This document shows positions 20,939 through 29,970 of a stretch of 64,000 nt of DNA, one piece after another. Within the stretch, counting starts at the first letter, position 1; every line of letters begins with the position of its first letter. A model generated the notes under the pieces. It was given only the letters and a program-made list of their open reading frames with translations, had not been told where the DNA came from and searched no databases. A program made the position numbers and the translations under genes. Origin of the DNA: Verrucomicrobiota bacterium (lineage in GTDB: Bacteria > Verrucomicrobiota > Verrucomicrobiia > Limisphaerales > AAA164-E04). The stretch covers positions 1,728,001-1,792,000 of the forward strand of contig CP170459.1 in NCBI GenBank assembly GCA_047947115.1, written 5' to 3'.

Positions 20939-21523
20939 CTGGTTGATCTGAGGGTTCACGGCCTTCAACTTGCTCAAATTGGACTGCCGACCGATTTGCA
21001 TCGATTAGAACAACTCAGCTTGTTCAGTGAGAGAATAACGGAACTTAAATTGCAGGAAGGGCAAATTTCTCTAAAGCATTTTTCCTTTTATGGTGGTAAT
21101 CTCCGAGATATCACTCTTTCCAGTGATATGGTCCAGTCGCACGAACTGGAATTGACGCGTAACCGCATCGAAACGCTTGTCATACCGGAAGGTGTTGGAA
21201 TCAATACGGAGTTCCCCCCCAACGTTTTCTTGTGGGAAAATCCGATCCGGTCAGTCAAGGCTCCTGCTCAGCGGAGCAATGGAATCAATGCCAATCGAGC
21301 TTTTTTTCGAGCTGGCCGAACAGTTTTTGATCGATCAGGGAATTTTCAATTCCTTGTTTCGGGGCAGTTTGGGCCCGTTATCATAGAGAAATCTCTGGAC
21401 ATGAAAACTTGGAAAGAAGTAGGGCATTTTCAAATAACGAATCCGGGCGGCGTGCAACGCTTTCGGGAATCGAATGCTTTTGCTGATCGCAATGGGTTTT
21501 ATCGGGTGAGAATAATGCAGTGA
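20939..21523 (+). pseudogene. 3' fragment of a leucine-rich-repeat surface protein
   Basis: LPTDLHRLEQLSL...N.L..I.L...N.I..L.IPEG LRR-like periodicity, LWENPI cap, C-terminal EKSLDMKTW...FYRVR; no signal peptide and no 5' part. Confidence 0.6.
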
Positions 21524-21532
21524 CAAAGGAAG

Positions 21533-24220
21533 ATGACAATGAAATTACAGAATACATTAATGGTGTTGCTTCTTGGGTGGGGGCTAATTCAACCGAAAGC
21601 GCAATCTGCCACATCCCAACTCTCGGTGCGACGAACGCCATCAGGCCAGGGAATAAAGCTTCATTTGGCTGATCCCGAAGCGTTTGTTCAGACTGGCGTT
21701 TGGCTTGAGTTGGAGCGTAGTACGGACCTTGTTCATTGGGAAGAATTATTGGCGGCTCCTTCCTGGGCCTTTTTGGAGGAGGGGGAGGCATTATTTGAAG
21801 AGGCGGGAGGGCAAATGGCCTTCTTTCGCCTCCGGATCAACCACAAGGTCACCGCAACCTCCTCTTCCGGTGAGGAAATTTTTGGGTTTGCGTCAAGCTT
21901 TGCAAAGGAGTTGGAGAAAGTCGGACAGTTGAGTGTTGAGGAATTTCTGGAAAGTTATAGTGATGCGGATGATCGCTTGGGTGCCATTGATTTCAATCCT
22001 GAGGAATCTGAGTTTTGGGATGAATTTAATGCGGTCCCTACGAAGCGAATGCCACCCGGCAAGGACAACGACCAGGAGCGGCGTTTGCTGGATTTTCGTT
22101 TGAACGACGTGGAATTGGCTTTGTTCAAAAGGAACGGGATGGTGGTCAGCGGTCGATTGGGGGCGCACAGCTTTGTGGACGCTTATTATGGAATCTTTAC
22201 CGAAGATTTACCGGTGTTCGTGACGGCGGATTCCATCATGCATGCCTGGCATATCTCCTATGTCGAAATGCTCAAGGAATTGGAGAATGGTTTTCTCGCC
22301 CCAAAATTAAGTGACTTTCTCAATGCCTTGCATGCTGCTCTGCCCGGAGTGGCTGCGGAGATTGATTCAGATATTCTGGGGGATAGTTTGCATGATGTGG
22401 ATTATTACCTGACGGTTGCACGCAGTTTGTTTGCCGGCTCGTTGCAGGATGATCGACTTGGGGCATCCGGAGCTAAGGCCAAACAAACTTTGGATGACAT
22501 AAAAAAAGGTTTTGTTGGACCTTATGATTTGTTCGGTCGTCAGGGAAATAATGCATGGGTGGATTTTTCCCAAATGACGGTAAGAGGTCATTATGCTTCT
22601 TCCGCAGCTTTGAGCCACTATTTTCAAGCCGCCATGTGGTGCGGTCGGATTGATTTTCGTGTTGCCGGTCCGGAGGAATTTTCCTCGCCCCGCGAGTTGG
22701 GAGCCGCCATCATTTTGAACGAATTGGTCAAACGGACCGAAACGCTCCAGCAGTGGAAGGATTTTGACGACCTTTTGAAGGTGTTCGTCGGTGTCAGTGA
22801 CTCGATGGGATTTGATCAATTGGGATTGTTGCTCGCATCAGCAGGCATTCAGGATCCGATGCAAATTGGTTCAATGGATGTGCTGAAGTCGGTGCAGGAC
22901 ACAATTCAAGCTGGGGACTTTGGGTTTCAGCAGATACTGTCACATCCTTTCGTGGCGAAACCCGGAGGAGCCTCGTTGGTACTCCCAAGGTCTTTTACCG
23001 TCTTTGGTCAAAAGTTCGTGATGGACAGCTGGGCCATGAGCCAACTCGTCTTTGATAAAGTGACCTGGGATGAAAGAAAACTTCCACGACGCCTTCCGAG
23101 TGCCCTGGACGTGGCATTCACGGTTTTCGGAAACAGGAATGCCGCTGATTTGTTGGCGGAACGTATCTTGCGAGAGGAAGGCGTGCCGTTTCGGGATGGA
23201 TACCCCATCCAGCATCACCTGAGTTCTCTGCATGAGGTGTTCCATCAAATGCCTGACGCTTCTTGGCAGGAAAGTTTCTATACAGGATGGCTGAAAGCTT
23301 TGAGAGAATTATCTTCAGGAACTGGATCCGATTCTGGTTACATTCCGCAAGCCTTCCGGACGAAGGCATGGGGAAATCGTGTGATGAATACCCAGTTGGC
23401 TTCCTGGACGGAATTACGTCACGACACGGTTCTCTATGCCAAGCAATCTTCCTCACCGCCTCTGTTGTGCAGCTTTCCCTACAGTTATGTGGAGCCAAGG
23501 CCACGCTTCTGGAAAGTGATGAAGGCATTGTGTGGTTCGGCTGCGCAGAAACTGAACGAAGTCGATGCATCAGGCAGAGTTCAGATTGCAACTCAATGGG
23601 GTGGATTTGAATGGAAGAGCGTTCGTGAAATCGTTGAGAAACAAATGAATCATCTGAAAAAGTTTGAATCAACCATGCAAGCTTTGCTCGATATTGCCGA
23701 TAAACAGGATGCTCAGGAAGATTTGTCCGATGATGAAATCAGTTTTTTGAAAAACATGGTTGAAATTATTTCCGATTACGTCGGACAACGCACCTATAGC
23801 GGATGGTATCCCAAGTTGTTTTATCCTTCCGAGGGCAATTCCTGGGGCGGAACATTACCCACCGGTCATGCTTCCGATGCATGGGATCCGGTTGTGACTG
23901 ATGTTCACACTGATTTCCCTGACCAGATTCACGGAGATCCGGGCACCGTCCTGCTGGAAGGAGTTGGTAATGTCGCGATGATGTTGGTCGCGATTGATTG
24001 TGAAGACGGGGAATCCAGAGTCTATGCCGGTCCCACCTACACGCATTATGAATTCACGTCGGGCGCAGGTAAATTCGATCGCATGACTGACGAACAATGG
24101 AAACAAAAAGTTAAGGCCAACGATCTGCCGCCCCAGCCCGAATGGACTGAGGACTTCTTTGTCCCGGGAGAATTACGTCTTCCCTCTTGGGCCACTGAGG
24201 CGGATCCTTTTCCGTTTTGA
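21533..24220 (+). CDS. DUF3160-family secreted protein with an N-terminal S.DL..W surface domain
   Basis: PVFVTADSIMHAWH, DFSQMTVRGHY, YFQAAMW.GR, NTQLASWTELRHDTVLYAKQ, YVEP, DVHT, RMTDEQWK. Confidence 0.85.
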   Translation: MTMKLQNTLMVLLLGWGLIQPKAQSATSQLSVRRTPSGQGIKLHLADPEAFVQTGVWLELERSTDLVHWEELLAAPSWAFLEEGEALFEEAGGQMAFFRLRINHKVTATSSSGEEIFGFASSFAKELEKVGQLSVEEFLESYSDADDRLGAIDFNPEESEFWDEFNAVPTKRMPPGKDNDQERRLLDFRLNDVELALFKRNGMVVSGRLGAHSFVDAYYGIFTEDLPVFVTADSIMHAWHISYVEMLKELENGFLAPKLSDFLNALHAALPGVAAEIDSDILGDSLHDVDYYLTVARSLFAGSLQDDRLGASGAKAKQTLDDIKKGFVGPYDLFGRQGNNAWVDFSQMTVRGHYASSAALSHYFQAAMWCGRIDFRVAGPEEFSSPRELGAAIILNELVKRTETLQQWKDFDDLLKVFVGVSDSMGFDQLGLLLASAGIQDPMQIGSMDVLKSVQDTIQAGDFGFQQILSHPFVAKPGGASLVLPRSFTVFGQKFVMDSWAMSQLVFDKVTWDERKLPRRLPSALDVAFTVFGNRNAADLLAERILREEGVPFRDGYPIQHHLSSLHEVFHQMPDASWQESFYTGWLKALRELSSGTGSDSGYIPQAFRTKAWGNRVMNTQLASWTELRHDTVLYAKQSSSPPLLCSFPYSYVEPRPRFWKVMKALCGSAAQKLNEVDASGRVQIATQWGGFEWKSVREIVEKQMNHLKKFESTMQALLDIADKQDAQEDLSDDEISFLKNMVEIISDYVGQRTYSGWYPKLFYPSEGNSWGGTLPTGHASDAWDPVVTDVHTDFPDQIHGDPGTVLLEGVGNVAMMLVAIDCEDGESRVYAGPTYTHYEFTSGAGKFDRMTDEQWKQKVKANDLPPQPEWTEDFFVPGELRLPSWATEADPFPF

Positions 24221-24460
24221 ACCGCAGATTATGCCGATTTTCGCAGATTTGGGTAACAGGTGTGAGGTGATCATTCAGTTATCAAGTCACATTGCTGCTG
24301 AGTGGACTTACCCCAGGTTACAAGAAGAAGCAGATGAAATAAATACACACCTTTCACTCAATCGCTGGGATTTGCTTAATGATGATCGCTTTTGCATGCC
24401 TCCGAAGTGATCTTCATACCTTTATATATCTGTGGGAATCTGAGAAATCTGTGGTTTAAA
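24216..24460. repeat. ~245-bp segment bounded by 33-bp imperfect inverted repeats made of CAGATT units
   Basis: Left TTTGAACCGCAGATTATGCCGATTTTCGCAGAT vs reverse complement of right TTTAAACCACAGATTTCTCAGATTCCCACAGAT (24/33 identical). Confidence 0.6.
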
Positions 24461-24549
24461 GCCTCTTTTCTCACCGTGAAGATCTTAGGGGAGGGATGTC
24501 TCGTTTTGCTTTGCCCGTTTGAAGGAAGGTGGGCAGAATACCGGCCTTT

Positions 24550-26613
24550 ATGGCAAAGGAATACCAGCTCAAGCGTGACAATGTAGTCAAATCCGATGTG
24601 GACCTGAGGATTGATTATCGTGGTGAACTGAATGATCAACAGTATGCCGCGGTGACCTCTCCCAAGGGGCCGGCGTTGGTGATTGCCGGCGCTGGGGCAG
24701 GGAAGACGCGCACGCTTACCTACCGTGTTGCTTATCTGTTGGAGCAGGGGATTCCCGCCGATCGTATCCTGCTGCTGACCTTCACCAACAAGGCGGCCCG
24801 TGAGATGATGCAACGGGTGGGAGACTTGTTGGGGAACGATGCCTATGTTCCGTGGGGGGGGACGTTTCACTCCATCGGCGCACGCATGTTGCGGCGTCAT
24901 TGCGAGTTGATCGGGTACAAGCAGGATTTCACCATCATGGATCGCGAGGACGCGGTGGATTTGTTGAGTACATGCATCGGGGAATCCAAGATTGACATCA
25001 AAGCCACCCGCTTTCCCAAAGCCAAGGTGTTGGCCGACATCATTTCTTTAGTCGTCAACAAGCAATGCAGCATGGAGGCGCTCCTTGAGAGACAGTTTCC
25101 TTATTTTGCTCATTTGGAAGATGAGATGTCCAAGATTCTGAAGTTGTATCAAGAGCGCAAACGGTCGAACAACATGATGGATTTTGACGATTTGCTGGTG
25201 CGTTGGCTATACTTGTTGCGATCGAATGCAGAGGTTCTCGAGCAGTATCAAAGGCAGTTCCAGTTTGTGTTGGTGGATGAGTATCAGGATACCAACCGAA
25301 TCCAGAGCGATCTGGTGGATCTCATCGGGGCGAGGCATCAGAATGTGATGGTGGTGGGGGATGATTCGCAAAGCATCTATTCCTGGCGTGGGGCGCATTT
25401 TGCCAACATCTTCGAGTTTCCCAAGCGGTATGGCGATGCCAAGGTTCACAAGATTGAGGTCAATTATCGGAGCACACCGGAGATTCTACACTTCGCCAAC
25501 GCGGTGATTCGGGCCAATACCAATCAATTCGCCAAGCAATTGGAACCTGCCCGTAAGTCCGGGATGGAACCTCTGGTGGTGGTCACCAATGACGCTCATG
25601 AACAGGCCATGTTCGTGGCGCAAAGGGCGCTGGAACTCCGGGATGAAGGCATTGAATTAAATGAAATGGCCATTCTCTATCGTTCGCATTTCCACGCCAT
25701 GGAGCTGCAGATGGAACTGACCAGCCGTAACATCCCGTTTTCCATCACCAGTGGCATCCGCTTTTTCGAGCAGGCGCATATCAAGGATGTGACGGCCTAC
25801 ATCAAATTGTTGGTCAACTCAGCGGATGAATTGTCTTTCAAACGTATCGTGAAACTCATGCCGGGCGTGGGAGCCAAAGGGGCAGATAAGCTGTGGGGCT
25901 TGTTCCAGATGGGGATCGCAAAGGCAGAACCTCCCGCGCAGGAACTGCCTCCAGAAGATCCCGGGGCGGAACCGGACTGGACACCATTTGCTTCACTTGT
26001 TCCAGGGCTGGAAGCATGCGCCCCCAAAGTGCCCAAGAAAACAAAGGAGCCCTGGGATCAGTTTCATGCAACCATCGAGCAGATGGAGGATCCGGAGATT
26101 CGGACGAGTGTTCCGAAGATGATTCGTCATGTGCTGGATGCGGGGTATGAGGACTATCTGCAGTCTGAATATTCCAATTACAAAAATCGACAGGAAGATC
26201 TGGAGCAGTTGGCCGTCTACGCCGAGCAGTTCGAAACCCCTGAAGCTTTCCTGACCCAATTGGCATTGGAAACCGATATGGATCCGGGCAAAAAGCAGGA
26301 GGTGGCCGATGATGAAGAACGCATCCGCTTGTCAACCATCCATCAAGCCAAGGGATTGGAGTTTAAAGTGGTGTTCGTCATCATGCTCTGTGAAGGATTG
26401 TTCCCGTCAGAACGATCAACCAACGATCCCGAATCCGAAGAAGAGGAGCGACGCTTGTTTTATGTCGCTTCGACTCGCGCCATGGACGAGCTTTATCTTT
26501 GTTATCCGCTGATGAGGTTTGCTCAACGGGGGAGCGGAGATCTTTATCAGACGCCGTCGCGGTTTATCACCGAGTTGCCTGCTGATGTTTACGAAGAGCT
26601 TAGGGTTAGGTGA
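24550..26613 (+). CDS. UvrD/PcrA/Rep superfamily-1 DNA helicase
   Basis: AGAGAGKT, TFTNKAA, TFHS, VDEYQDTN, VGDDSQSIYSWRGA, NYRS, STIHQAKGLEF, EERRLFYVASTRA. Confidence 0.97.
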   Translation: MAKEYQLKRDNVVKSDVDLRIDYRGELNDQQYAAVTSPKGPALVIAGAGAGKTRTLTYRVAYLLEQGIPADRILLLTFTNKAAREMMQRVGDLLGNDAYVPWGGTFHSIGARMLRRHCELIGYKQDFTIMDREDAVDLLSTCIGESKIDIKATRFPKAKVLADIISLVVNKQCSMEALLERQFPYFAHLEDEMSKILKLYQERKRSNNMMDFDDLLVRWLYLLRSNAEVLEQYQRQFQFVLVDEYQDTNRIQSDLVDLIGARHQNVMVVGDDSQSIYSWRGAHFANIFEFPKRYGDAKVHKIEVNYRSTPEILHFANAVIRANTNQFAKQLEPARKSGMEPLVVVTNDAHEQAMFVAQRALELRDEGIELNEMAILYRSHFHAMELQMELTSRNIPFSITSGIRFFEQAHIKDVTAYIKLLVNSADELSFKRIVKLMPGVGAKGADKLWGLFQMGIAKAEPPAQELPPEDPGAEPDWTPFASLVPGLEACAPKVPKKTKEPWDQFHATIEQMEDPEIRTSVPKMIRHVLDAGYEDYLQSEYSNYKNRQEDLEQLAVYAEQFETPEAFLTQLALETDMDPGKKQEVADDEERIRLSTIHQAKGLEFKVVFVIMLCEGLFPSERSTNDPESEEEERRLFYVASTRAMDELYLCYPLMRFAQRGSGDLYQTPSRFITELPADVYEELRVR

Positions 26614-26636
26614 CTTTAAGTTTGGGAGTGTTCTGC

Positions 26637-26860
26637 CACCTTCTGGCGAAGGCCGCTACGTGGATGCTTTTGTCAGAAAGTGTAGGTACAGGTAGATCGT
26701 GACGTCGCGTCGCGTTCCTTGTGGCGTCCATAAACTGATCTGCCCTTGTTTTGGGAAGCCTTTGATATTCGCGCGCCACGCATTCGTATCGCTGTTGTTT
26801 GAGGTAAATCGAGACGATATTGTTTGCCCAAACAGCCACATTCTTGCGAATGCGGCTACG
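26637..26860. repeat. Diverged single copy of the 187-bp REP-containing unit
   Basis: CACCTTCTGGCGAAGGCCGCTAC, GTAGATCGTGACGTCGCGTCGCGTTCCTTGTGGCGTCCATA and CACATTCTTGCGAATGCGGCTAC match the 27586-28570 array. Confidence 0.85.
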
Positions 26861-26889
26861 GGGCTGCGCTTTTGAAAGCGCGGCAGGGA

Positions 26890-27270
26890 TCAGTCCCATC
26901 CGATTCGTTCGATGGTTTTTACTAGGTCAAAGTGTTTGTCGTTGCTGAGGACGGGAAGTTGATGTTGTTTTGCGAGCGCAGCGATCCAGATGTCATTTTC
27001 CGGAATGGGAGTTCCTGCTTTTTTGAGTTGGTGTCGGATAGCAGCGTAGGATCGTGTCGTTGTTTCGGTGACGTCAAGAATGCTACAGAAATTCATGAAT
27101 GCTTCGAACTGAGGTTCCACTTCTTTTTTAAGTCGCGAACCTCGCAGTCCAAATCGGTATTCACCTACCACGATGACGGGTAAGTAGATCCCCGTGACAT
27201 CATTGAGCAAATTAACGATGCCTGGATTTCCTTCCAAAAAATCAGAAAGCCCGTTGGTATCCAGAATCAT
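26890..27270 (-). CDS. vapC: PIN-domain toxin (VapC family)
   Basis: MILDTN, VVGEYRFG, GTPIPENDIWIAALA, SNDKHF. Confidence 0.95.
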   Translation of the reverse strand: MILDTNGLSDFLEGNPGIVNLLNDVTGIYLPVIVVGEYRFGLRGSRLKKEVEPQFEAFMNFCSILDVTETTTRSYAAIRHQLKKAGTPIPENDIWIAALAKQHQLPVLSNDKHFDLVKTIERIGWD

Positions 27271-27521
27271 TTCCAGGATTCCTCATCGATGCGCCCACAT
27301 TCAGATTCAATGCGCTCGAGGATTTTTTTGGTTTCGGTTCGGTGGTTTTTCAGGATACCAGCAAATTTCATCCAGGGTTTCTCCATGGACGCTTTTTGGT
27401 TCATTTTTAACTTTTCTTCGATCGCTGCGTTGATGAAAGCTCCCATCGTTTGGCCTTGTTTTGCGGCTGATATTTTCACATCGCGCAGCAAGGCGTCGGG
27501 AACTTCAAGTGTTGTTTTCAT
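27267..27521 (-). CDS. vapB: Ribbon-helix-helix antitoxin
   Basis: MKTTLEVPDALLRDVKISAAKQG; ATGA overlap with the PIN toxin. Confidence 0.85.
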   Translation of the reverse strand: MKTTLEVPDALLRDVKISAAKQGQTMGAFINAAIEEKLKMNQKASMEKPWMKFAGILKNHRTETKKILERIESECGRIDEESWK

Positions 27522-27533
27522 TGTGTTTATTCT

Positions 27534-27556
27534 TACCCATATTTATGGGTAGTCAA
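27534..27556 (-). promoter_or_regulatory. vapBC promoter with palindromic antitoxin operator
   Basis: TTGACT -35 followed by perfect TACCCATA-N2-TATGGGTA palindrome (27534-27551) and a -10-like AAGAAT just upstream of the ATG. Confidence 0.7.
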
Positions 27557-27585
27557 GGATGTTTCGATTCATGTTGGGGGGGCGT

Positions 27586-28570
27586 CACCTTCTGGCGAAG
27601 GCGGCTACGGGAATAGCCAGAAGGGTAGATCGTGACGTCTCGTCGCGCTCCTTGTGGCCTCCATAAGCTTGATCTGCCCGTTGTTTTGGGAAGCCGTTGA
27701 TATTCACGCTCGATGTATTCGTGTCACTGTTGATTTTGGAAGGATCAAGGTTGTCCTACGCGCCTGCGCGGCCACCTTCTGGCGAAGGCGGCTACGGGGA
27801 ATGGCCAGAAAGGTAGATCGTGACGTCTCGTCGCGTTCCTTGTGGCGTCCATAGGCTGATCTGCCCGTTGTTTTGGGGAGCCTTTGATATTCACGCTCGA
27901 TGTATTCGTGTCACTGTCGATTTTGGAAGGATCAAGGTTGTCCTGCGCGCCTGCGCGGCCACCTTCTTGCGAATGCGGCTACGGGGAATGGCCAGAAAGG
28001 TAGATCGTGACGTCCCGTCGCGTTCCTTGTGGCGTCCATAGGCTGATCTGCCCGTTGTTTTGGGGAGCCGTTGATATTCACGCTCGATGTATTCGTGTCA
28101 CTGTTGATTTTGGAAGGATCAAGGTTGTCCTACGCGCCTGCGCGGCCACCTTCTTGCGAAGGCGGCTACGGGGAATGGCCAGAAAGGTAGATCGTGACGT
28201 CTCGTCGCGTTCCTTGTGGCGTCCATAGGCTGATCTGCCTGTTGTTGTGGGAAGCCGTTGATATTCACGCTCGATGTATTCTTGTCACTGTTGATTTTGG
28301 AAGGATCAAGGTTGTCCTACGCGCCTGCGCGGCCACCTTCTGGCGAAGGCGGCTACGGGAATAGCCAGAAGGGTAGATCGTGACGTCTCGTCGCGCTCCT
28401 TGTGGCGTCCATAAGCTGATCTGCCCGTTGTTTTGGGAAGCCGTTGATATTCACGTTCGATGTATTCGTGTCACTGTTGATTTTGGAAGGATCAAGGTTG
28501 TCCTACGCGCCTGCGCGGCCACCTTCTGGCGAAGGCGGCTACGGGGCCACCTTTTTGCGAAGGCGGGTGC
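27586..28570. repeat. Tandem array of five ~187-bp units, each with two back-to-back GTAG-REP hairpins (BIME-like)
   Basis: The motif CACCTTCT(G/T)GCGAA(G/T)GCGGCTAC starts at 27586, 27773, 27960, 28147, 28334 and 28520, with a degenerate copy at 28548; the intervening sequence is nearly identical between units. Confidence 0.95.
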
Positions 28571-28639
28571 TTTGTGGCTTGATCATATGGGGGGATGTCG
28601 GTTTGCTTGGGTGGTATCGAACCCGGTCTACTACGATTT

Positions 28640-29860
28640 ATGATAACCATTGATTCATTCTATTGGCGAGTTTCTCTGACTCTGTTGTCCCTTACCGCAT
28701 TCCTTGCCTTGCACGCTGAGCCTGTTCATCAATCACAGCTTATTTTTCCATTGGAATCCTGGCACAATCATGGTTCGTGCATTGTTGAGGCTTCGAATGG
28801 GGATTTGATTGTCTGTTGGTTTCATGGTTCCGGAGAGCGAAAAGCGGATGACGTGATGATTCTGGGGGCTCGCAAAGTCAAGGGATCCGAAACATGGAGC
28901 CAGCCTTTTGTCATGGCGGATACTCCTGAGTTTCCGGACACCAATTGTTGTATGATCATTGATCCTCAGGATCGCTTGTGGTTGCTGTGGCCGACGATCC
29001 AGGCGAATCTTTGGGAGTCCGCGTTGATGAAATACAAGATTGCTTCGGATTACATGCAAAAGGATGGCCCGCCGGAATGGGAAACGGAGAAGGTCTTGCA
29101 CATCAAACCGGGTGAGGGATTCGAGGATGAAGTGCGCCAAAAGACGGCTGAGTATATGAGTCACATGGAGTTGACTCCTGGGATGATTGATTGGGCGTAT
29201 CATAATTTCCAGCAGGCGGATGACAAGCTGACACGGAGGTTGGGATGGTTCACGCGGGCGCATCCTTTTATTTCAGATGGTTCGAGAATGTTGGTTGGTC
29301 TGTATTCGGACGGGTTTTCATTTTCGTTGGTGGCCTATACAGATGACTGGGGTAAATCTTGGCGTTTCAGTGAGCCCATTGTTGGCGGGGGAAATATCCA
29401 ACCAAGTTTTGCGAGGAAACAGGACGGCACTCTTGTGACCTACATGCGTGACAATGGGCCTGCGCCGAAGCGCGTTCATGTTTCCGAGTCCGCCGACAAT
29501 GGGGTGTCATGGTCCAAGGTTTATGATCACCCCCAGCTTGTGAATCCCGGAGCAGGGTTGGAGCTGATGACATTGAAGGATGGACGGTTTTTGACCATTT
29601 ACAATGACACGGAAAGCGGACGTCACCAGTTGGCGGTTTCGATTTCGGATGACGGAGGGAAAAGTTATAAGTGGACGCGACATTTGGAGAAGCGCGAGCC
29701 TGGCGAAGGTTCTTTCCATTATCCGTCCATCATTCAGGGGAAGGATGGGATACTTCACTGTACCTACAGCTATTTCGGTCCCGGCGAGTTGAATGGCGGG
29801 GAGGGGAAATCCATCAAGTATGCGAGATTCAATCTGGATTGGGTGTTGGCGGGGGATTAA
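28640..29860 (+). CDS. BNR-repeat sialidase-family protein
   Basis: Signal peptide, HNHGSCIVE..NGDLIVCWF.GSGE, TDDWGKSW, SADNGVSW, SDDGGKSY, YPSIIQ. Confidence 0.9.
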   Translation: MITIDSFYWRVSLTLLSLTAFLALHAEPVHQSQLIFPLESWHNHGSCIVEASNGDLIVCWFHGSGERKADDVMILGARKVKGSETWSQPFVMADTPEFPDTNCCMIIDPQDRLWLLWPTIQANLWESALMKYKIASDYMQKDGPPEWETEKVLHIKPGEGFEDEVRQKTAEYMSHMELTPGMIDWAYHNFQQADDKLTRRLGWFTRAHPFISDGSRMLVGLYSDGFSFSLVAYTDDWGKSWRFSEPIVGGGNIQPSFARKQDGTLVTYMRDNGPAPKRVHVSESADNGVSWSKVYDHPQLVNPGAGLELMTLKDGRFLTIYNDTESGRHQLAVSISDDGGKSYKWTRHLEKREPGEGSFHYPSIIQGKDGILHCTYSYFGPGELNGGEGKSIKYARFNLDWVLAGD

Positions 29861-29934
29861 TACTCACGCCCACTCGCTTTTGCTCGTTAGAGGCGCGGAG
29901 ACGCTGAGATTTTAGATCTGAGATCCGGGGTTGA

Positions 29935-29950
29935 TGGCACGGGGTGTGCT
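29935..29950 (+). promoter_or_regulatory. Sigma-54 (-24/-12) promoter
   Basis: TGGCACGGGGTGTGCT (GG-N10-GC), 20 nt before the ATG at 29971. Confidence 0.6.
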
Positions 29951-29970
29951 GCTTTCTGACTCTTTAAAAT

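Noticed and set aside
27586..28570. CRISPR array
   Set aside because: Sequences between the palindromes are near-identical ~160-bp copies, not unique spacers, and no cas genes are present
27654..28653. Repeated 66-87 aa ORFs in the array as peptide genes
   Set aside because: The 187-bp unit is not a multiple of 3, the ORFs overlap in rotating frames, and variants follow hairpins rather than codons
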